From a virus (lineage: Duplodnaviria; Caudoviricetes), in the IMG/VR virus record IMGVR_UViG_3300032893_000060, positions 1 through 55,388 of that record: 55,388 nt of DNA; one strand, 5' to 3'. The notes beneath the pieces were generated by a model, which ran no database searches, was not told the DNA's origin, and saw nothing but the letters and a program-made list of their open reading frames with translations. The position numbers and the translations under genes were made by a program. Below, in pieces: positions 48,998 to 55,388 of this stretch (within the stretch, counting starts at the first letter, position 1; each line of letters opens with the position of its first letter).

Positions 48998-49267
48998 ATG
49001 TTTTGGACTTAACGCTTAGTGCTTAGTGCTTGGAAATTGATTGTTTGAAGCCGCACTATTAGTGTAATGCGGCGTCAACCAACCTATATATCAACCGGTG
49101 CAAAATGGTATTCATCATTGATGGCATCAAGATGATTTTATTAAGGCATACCACCAAACATCTTCTTTATAGTGTCGCCCTTGCCTAATGGCTTCACAAC
49201 CGGTGCTTGCTAAATCTTAATAGGCAGAAAGCTATGCACTGATAGTATCAGTGAATAGCATGATTAA

Positions 49268-49903
<636 letters not shown>

Positions 49904-50128
49904 AGCTTTCTACCTACTAAGATTTGTGCTTATTGGATAATGAAATGAGAGGGCTACTCCGTTATATGGAATATATCAATCAGAACACTTGTTCATCGCC
50001 GCTCATTGTATCCAATAGTCGTGAGGTAATTTTCACGATAGTTAATGACGAAGGATAGTCGGGATGTAGACTGATAATAGACGACGGAATGCTATGCAGT
50101 TAGTTACTTCCTGAATAGCAATTAGGAA

Positions 50129-50467
50129 CTAGTCAATGTGCAAATAATTTTCTACAAAAGTTTTGGCTGCACCAAGCCCCATAGTTGGGGTGAATGGAGT
50201 GCCATCAGGATTGTGGTCAACAATGCACTTCGACTTATTGTAAGCTGCAATGGCTCCACGAATCATCTTAATGCAGAAGATTTTGTTAGCCTTTGCAACC
50301 TCGTAGTTATGCAATGAATAGTCGATATCTTCGACTGGCCGTTCTATGGATACTTGCACGCTGTCAACTTCAAAAGGCAAAGTATTACTTTGCTTATGTG
50401 CTTCGAGGATAGACTGTTGAACGATCTCAACAGCTTGATATTCCAACATGCTAATGTTTAGTTTCAT
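50129..50467 (-). CDS. Protein with ribosomal bL12 C-terminal-like motif
   Basis: NKIFCIKMIR...MGLGAAKTFVE resembles KIxxIKxVR...GLxEAKxxVE. Confidence 0.55.
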   Translation of the reverse strand: MKLNISMLEYQAVEIVQQSILEAHKQSNTLPFEVDSVQVSIERPVEDIDYSLHNYEVAKANKIFCIKMIRGAIAAYNKSKCIVDHNPDGTPFTPTMGLGAAKTFVENYLHID

Positions 50468-50553
50468 AGCATTCCGCCGTCTAAAACAGTTTGACACCAC
50501 TGCTTATTGCTTTCGCCAGTGGGGTATGTGGACTACCACTAGTCAAACTCTTA

Positions 50554-50908
50554 TAGCTAATCTACCCATGAGGCAAGTCCTAGGTTTAAACTTGCTCTTA
50601 TCCGTCTTGTTCTTATTCATTCGAATGAACAGCATTTAACTAATCCAGTGTTTCTGAATCGAATTCAAGATAGCAAGCCTAAGACTTGCCACGCCGTTCG
50701 AGACTCACATTAGGGGAATTAACTTTTTTCCGCTAATGTGTTGACTCCGCAAATACCATGCCCGTATTTCAGGATACATGGATCATTGGACGCGTCCGAT
50801 TGCGAGGCAGTATCTAATGTCAAAGCGTCGGATACTATATGACTAATCAGGGATAAGTCTTTTCGTATTCTTCGTCTCGTGTGACTTGCCTAATGGATAG
50901 ATTAACTA
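50554..50908 (-). ncRNA. Candidate large structured RNA closed by a 26-bp stem
   Basis: 50554-50579 pairs with 50883-50908, with two G:U pairs on the minus strand; internal hairpins; downstream of a sigma54 promoter. Confidence 0.5.
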
Positions 50909-50942
50909 CGTTACATAATGTTCGCTCGATGCTTATTCTATT

Positions 50943-50959
50943 AGCATTTATCGTGCCAA
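50943..50959 (-). promoter_or_regulatory. sigma54 promoter
   Basis: Minus strand TTGGCACGATAAATGCT; intergenic. Confidence 0.85.
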
Positions 50960-51230
50960 TCGAAAGCAAAAAGAAAACACTATGCCAGCTTGCGTTTTCG
51001 CTGGTATTTAGGGCCGTGTTCTATTTACCCTTTACGCTCTAAGTCAGATTGTGCTCCGTATTCCTATCGCGTCATAGACTAGCCTACGCCTAAGCTGCCT
51101 TGTCTCACCTGTAGTGGACACACTCACCTAGTGCGTAGTGTTTTCCTATGCTGGCGTCTGACTTCTAATGAGGGTTTAACGCTCCCATTGAACTATTGCT
51201 AGCCCAATGGAAGCAACTGACTACTTGACC

Positions 51231-51608
51231 TTAACTGGCCTTTGCCGTCTGGACTGGCAGCTTGGCAAACTTGTCCAGCCAAGTCTTGAATACGGCGGGA
51301 AGCGTGACCTCTGTAGCCGCAAACGAATTGGCCCGGACCATTGCGCTGCACCAAGCGTAGAACTTATTGGGGATTGTGTTCTCTAACTGGCACCGTTCGC
51401 CGGTCTTGGTCTTGGCAATGATTACTTGCCGCTCGTTTCCGTCGTCATCCTTGACGGTTTTCCAATCCTGTGTTGCAGCAGTCTTGGACGCGAGAATTGT
51501 TCCTGCATTAAGGTCGGACTGCACAGCATTGATGACCTTGTTTTCGTCATAGTCACCCATGATATTCGCAACGCAGTTTGGGATGTTGAAACGAATGATT
51601 GTTGCCAT
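51231..51608 (-). CDS. Hypothetical protein, first gene of the minus arm
   Basis: 125 aa flanked by long non-coding regions. Confidence 0.7.
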   Translation of the reverse strand: MATIIRFNIPNCVANIMGDYDENKVINAVQSDLNAGTILASKTAATQDWKTVKDDDGNERQVIIAKTKTGERCQLENTIPNKFYAWCSAMVRANSFAATEVTLPAVFKTWLDKFAKLPVQTAKAS

Positions 51609-52079
51609 ATATGTTTGCTCTCATTTCCTGCTCGCTAGTGACATTTGAACGTCCGTATGGGCATCCAACTATAGGTGGCGTATCTAAACGCGCTATAGGC
51701 TATTGTAGCGGCACTAAACGGGTATGTAATAGGAGCGGTAAACCCTCATTTACTTAACCGAGCTAACCTGTGTTCTTACCGGGATGTAACTATTAAGCTG
51801 CACCCTAATCTTACTTACCGGATACATACCTCAGAGCTTTTGTTATCACGGCTAGGGTTTACGATGCACATCCGATGGTCCGTTGCTAATAGGAGACTAC
51901 TAGCCTTTTAGCGTTCGTCATACCTAAGACTGGTTGCTAGTTCCATTCAAGCCTGCGGATCGCTGCCTGAACATTCGTTATCGCATTTCGCCAACCAGAC
52001 CATATTCAATGCTAACCTAGTGGCTGCCCTTATTGGTTGCCTCAGTTATCACTGCAAAACTGGTCAAAGAACTGAGGTC

Positions 52080-52107
52080 AATATACCAGTGCCACGATTG
52101 ACCGCAA
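52080..52107 (-). promoter_or_regulatory. Possible sigma70-type early promoter
   Basis: Minus strand TTGCGG-N16-TATATT with extended -10 TG; at the head of the minus arm. Confidence 0.3.
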
Positions 52108-52153
52108 CACTAATCTGCTATTTTGTTCTACTTGACTTGTCCCATGGTATTTT

Positions 52154-52562
52154 GATTGTATTGTATCAGGGTTTATATATGTGTAATTTCCATTATAGTA
52201 TATATAGATATAAATTATATAAAATATATTACTATATACTATTATGTATAAGGTGATACAATATAATACAATCTGATATAATTTAATAAACTATATATAC
52301 GGGCCACTAAGAAAAAATCATTTGATACAATCTAATACATTTTGAATTATATCATAATAGGTATATGAGCTATACTACTATAATACAAACTACTATTATC
52401 CTATCTATCATTAGCTTTGCTTCTATAAGCATAACTAATAGTCACCCAATTTGATTGAGTATTGAAATGACGATGACGGGTAGACCCCCAGAAATGAAAA
52501 TGCGAACTGGAACTATACTAATCTCCCAATACAACAATTTCCAATTTCAGACCGATACAATC
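52154..52562. other. AT-rich divergence region with GATACAAT repeats (candidate origin or genome end)
   Basis: Very AT-rich core between the two arms, with direct and inverted (T)GATACAAT copies. Confidence 0.5.
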
Positions 52563-52613
52563 CAGTAGAGAGCCAATGAAATAATAATGACTAGTGGTTT
52601 CGAGGATGAGAGA

Positions 52614-52630
52614 TTGGCATGAGAATTGCT
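52614..52630 (+). promoter_or_regulatory. sigma54 promoter at head of the packaging/structural arm
   Basis: TTGGCATGAGAATTGCT; GG 52616-17, GC 52628-29. Confidence 0.85.
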
Positions 52631-52695
52631 ACATATCTATGGAATGAGTGGATTTGAGATATGTGCGAAGTATACGCAGTGGCCTCCTAAAATAT

Positions 52696-52881
52696 ATGAG
52701 ATACAGAAAGGTGTACGGAAGTCCGATGAAGGGCGAAGTGACGAGAAGAGTGAGCAAGAGAGAATTGCCAGAGCCGACAGTAGAACAAACGATGAGTCCA
52801 GAACAGCTGAGGCATCTTCATAAGTGCATCCATTACACTAAGACGTTTTTGCAAGATGAGGCGAATAGGAGGATGGAGTGA
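52696..52881 (+). CDS. Hypothetical protein
   Basis: Start taken at MRYRK; stop overlaps next GTG start. Confidence 0.45.
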   Translation: MRYRKVYGSPMKGEVTRRVSKRELPEPTVEQTMSPEQLRHLHKCIHYTKTFLQDEANRRME

Positions 52882-53123
52882 GATTACGAATACTACTATT
52901 TAGTATTGCTTGGTTACTTGTTATCTTTGGCATTATATATTTATTTGCTATTCCAAAACTAGTCAACACTTATGTTCACTTTTGGAAATTTAAGCCATTT
53001 TCTGAAGTCCAAAATGCATATGGTGATATTACGGCTGACACTAATCATGTCATTCTAGGCCTTCGATCAGATGGCGTAGTAATTTGGCGCATGGCCACAA
53101 CCAATGATTCAAAATCAAAATGA
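52878..53123 (+). CDS. Small membrane-anchored protein
   Basis: N-terminal hydrophobic helix; coupled at both ends. Confidence 0.6.
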   Translation: MRLRILLFSIAWLLVIFGIIYLFAIPKLVNTYVHFWKFKPFSEVQNAYGDITADTNHVILGLRSDGVVIWRMATTNDSKSK

Positions 53124-53773
53124 AACTTTTCTTTGATACTGAAACTACAGGATTGCCTAGATGGGATACTAATGAAACAAGTCCACTTCAACCACGAATG
53201 GTACAACTTGGGATGATTGTAACAGAGGATGATGGAAATGTAGTGTTCAGTCTTGGAAGCATTATAAGGGTTGAAGAGCCAATACCTGATGCGGCTGCCG
53301 TAGTCCACGGCATAACGACTGAAATATCACAAAGTAGAGGACTTCCAATAACAATTCTTCTAGATTTATTTTACGGTTGGGCTAGACGTTGTGATGAGAT
53401 AATTGCTCACAATATTAAATTTGATCGACTAGTAATTTCCAGTGAGTTAAGCCGTCTTGGCCTTACATTTCCACCTAAAGCCCAATTCTGCACAATGCTT
53501 GCATCAACTGGCCTTTGCAAGATTCCAAAGCGAAATGGGTATAAATGGCCGAAGTTGTCTGAAGCATATGAATTTTTCTTTGGTGAGCCATTAAAAGATG
53601 CTCATGATGCGCTAGTTGACGTGCAAGCGTGCAAACGAATATATTTTGAAGGATTGAAACCTCAGAACGACTGCGGAGCAGCAAATAGTCTCAAAGGAAG
53701 CTTTAATGCACCAATCTTTGAACCGCCTAAATCACTAGTAAGTGTTCTAATCGAAGCAACTAAGCCTGTGTAA
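53120..53773 (+). CDS. DnaQ-like DEDDh 3'-5' exonuclease
   Basis: FFDTETTG, AHNIKFD, CTM, AHDALVD. Confidence 0.9.
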   Translation: MKLFFDTETTGLPRWDTNETSPLQPRMVQLGMIVTEDDGNVVFSLGSIIRVEEPIPDAAAVVHGITTEISQSRGLPITILLDLFYGWARRCDEIIAHNIKFDRLVISSELSRLGLTFPPKAQFCTMLASTGLCKIPKRNGYKWPKLSEAYEFFFGEPLKDAHDALVDVQACKRIYFEGLKPQNDCGAANSLKGSFNAPIFEPPKSLVSVLIEATKPV

Positions 53774-54207
53774 TGTCCGCCGCCATTCAACAGATTAAGA
53801 CTGCTTACGAAGTCAACAACATGAGTCCAGAAGAAATAGCTTCGGACTTTGGATTTGACGTGACTGTTGTTAAAGCGGCTTTGACTAATGGGTCGTCAAA
53901 GTATAGGAAAGATTGTGGTCTTGAAGAATCGTTGGGTACTGAGGATAGACTTAATTTCACTGATGAGCAGTTAGAAGATGTTAATCGAGTAATCTATGAA
54001 ACGGCCCTTTCAGCCGAACATTCGGACGGGACTGTGGATTACAAGACACGGTTGGCAGCAGCTACATATATACGTGATGACAAGAAGGGCAGAAAAGAGC
54101 TAGCGCGTCAATTAGGTGGTAATACATTCAATCTGTTTCAATTTAACCAACAATTACAGCTAGCAAGAGGAAAAGCACAAGAGATGAGAAAGGCTTTGGA
54201 AGTGTGA
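53773..54207 (+). CDS. Terminase small subunit (putative)
   Basis: N-terminal HTH (MSPEEIASDFGFD), RLAAATYI, upstream of TerL. Confidence 0.55.
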   Translation: MSAAIQQIKTAYEVNNMSPEEIASDFGFDVTVVKAALTNGSSKYRKDCGLEESLGTEDRLNFTDEQLEDVNRVIYETALSAEHSDGTVDYKTRLAAATYIRDDKKGRKELARQLGGNTFNLFQFNQQLQLARGKAQEMRKALEV

Positions 54208-54319
54208 AAGTCATTGAATACTATGTTGTATGCCCATTCTTTTACTTCCATTTTCATTCTTACGATAATTGGATAATCGCCCAATATGATCATACACAGT
54301 TTGCTTTGTTTTGTCTAAA

Positions 54320-55388
54320 TTGAACTTTGACGACTACAACAAACTTTCTCCTACTTCCCAAGAGGACTACATAAACTCTGGTGGAGTAGTAGAATATCCA
54401 ACGGCTGAGCAAAAGGAGATGGTTAGTGACCTACATGCTGAGGCGCGAAAGTCGGCTGAGCCGTTGGAAAGCTTTGCTCCAGAAGATGATCTATCTCACT
54501 CGATCACTTCTGTTGAGCCGCAGATGGGTACTTCACTCTCAGAAGTTAAAGAGTCTGCGGACTCCCCATCTGCTTCCTATATTGACGGATTCGACATTAA
54601 AGATCCACTCGAACTCGTGATTCTGCTTGACGACGACATACGAACTGGAAAGATAACATTACATCCATGGCAAATTCAATTCCTGATAGACTTTTCAAAT
54701 CCAGCCAACATAGCACAGTTTCCTTTTCAAGCCTTGATGAGAGCATGCAATGGTTCAGGGAAGGACAAATACATACTCGCACCTTGCGCTGTTTGGCTAA
54801 ACATGAGATACAGGAAAGCCCGTGGAGTAGTAACCTCATCCTCTGGTGTGCAATTGGACAACCAGACTTGCGCATATATTACACTATTGTGCAATGAGGC
54901 TAACCGAAAATGGGGCAATATATGGAAGTGCAACTATCGGTACTATGAATGCTTACCAACCGAAGCACCAATCATCTGTTACGCCACTGACGAACCGGGT
55001 AAAGCCGAAGGTTTCCATCCATTAGAAGCTGGTGCTCGGATGGGTATATACATGTCTGAAGACAAGACTATTCCAGATGAAATCAACACTGCAATCAATA
55101 GATGTTCTGGGTATACTCATCGTATTCATGTATCTACTCCCGGTGACACTTCTGGTCATTTCTTTGATTTGTGTAGCACGGCGGTCAGCCGAAAAGAAAT
55201 CAAGAATGTTAAGGAAGTAAGACCAGAAGACTATATTCAGTATGTCGTCACATACAAAGAGTGTCCACATATCCCCGAATCAGACTATCGGCGAACTATA
55301 AGGAATACTCCAGGCGGCGAAAACAGTTCAGTTATTAAGTCTCAGTTCTTCGCCGAATTTGGCACTACTGGTGAAATGGTAGTGATTC
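54320..55388 (+). CDS. terL: Terminase large subunit, N-terminal ATPase part (not in ORF track; wraps to 927, ~622 aa total)
   Basis: Open frame from TTG 54320 (or ATG 54419): LHPWQ, Walker A ACNGSGKD, AEGFH, coupling motif STPG. Confidence 0.9.
   Translation, partial: MNFDDYNKLSPTSQEDYINSGGVVEYPTAEQKEMVSDLHAEARKSAEPLESFAPEDDLSHSITSVEPQMGTSLSEVKESADSPSASYIDGFDIKDPLELVILLDDDIRTGKITLHPWQIQFLIDFSNPANIAQFPFQALMRACNGSGKDKYILAPCAVWLNMRYRKARGVVTSSSGVQLDNQTCAYITLLCNEANRKWGNIWKCNYRYYECLPTEAPIICYATDEPGKAEGFHPLEAGARMGIYMSEDKTIPDEINTAINRCSGYTHRIHVSTPGDTSGHFFDLCSTAVSRKEIKNVKEVRPEDYIQYVVTYKECPHIPESDYRRTIRNTPGGENSSVIKSQFFAEFGTTGEMVVI
55262..55388. repeat. Terminal direct repeat (copy 2)
   Basis: Identical to 1-127. 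Confidence 0.95.

Noticed and set aside
50554-50908. Retron ncRNA because of flanking inverted repeats
   Set aside because: No reverse transcriptase in the genome
55262-55388. 127-bp terminal repeat as a biological terminal repeat
   Set aside because: It falls mid-TerL and its length matches a common assembler k-mer, so it is a circularisation overlap

Overview
The window is a complete, circular-mapping dsDNA tailed-phage genome of about 55,261 bp. The last 127 bp repeat the first 127 bp, and the terminase large subunit reads in frame across that junction. The gene order is podovirus-like, in two divergent arms. The + arm (~52.6 kb through the origin to 29.6 kb) carries DnaQ-like exonuclease, terminase, portal, scaffold, HNH endonuclease, major capsid, a block of signal-peptide-bearing fibre and glycan-active proteins, lysis genes, tail adaptor and nozzle, and ejection proteins. 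The - arm (~52.1 kb down to 29.6 kb) carries small early genes, SF2 helicase, ATP-dependent ligase, a sigma54 activator, PD-(D/E)XK nuclease, Sak4-like ATPase, SSB-like protein, a split intein-containing PolA, a DUF3987-type ATPase and MazG. No integrase, repressor or RNA polymerase is recognisable. Main discovery: the phage encodes its own GAFTGA-containing bacterial enhancer-binding protein with no receiver or DNA-binding domain. It also carries five well-spaced sigma54 (-24/-12) promoters, all intergenic and co-oriented with their operons, which suggests a sigma54-driven phage transcription programme. Second: six putative virion-appendage proteins carry Sec-type signal peptides and are rich in Thr-Asn, and two share a C-terminal PPxxxGVMQ tail. 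Several highly structured non-coding regions, including a tRNA-like RNA with an enlarged centre, lie downstream of the promoters. All family assignments come from motif recognition by eye; no database searches were run.
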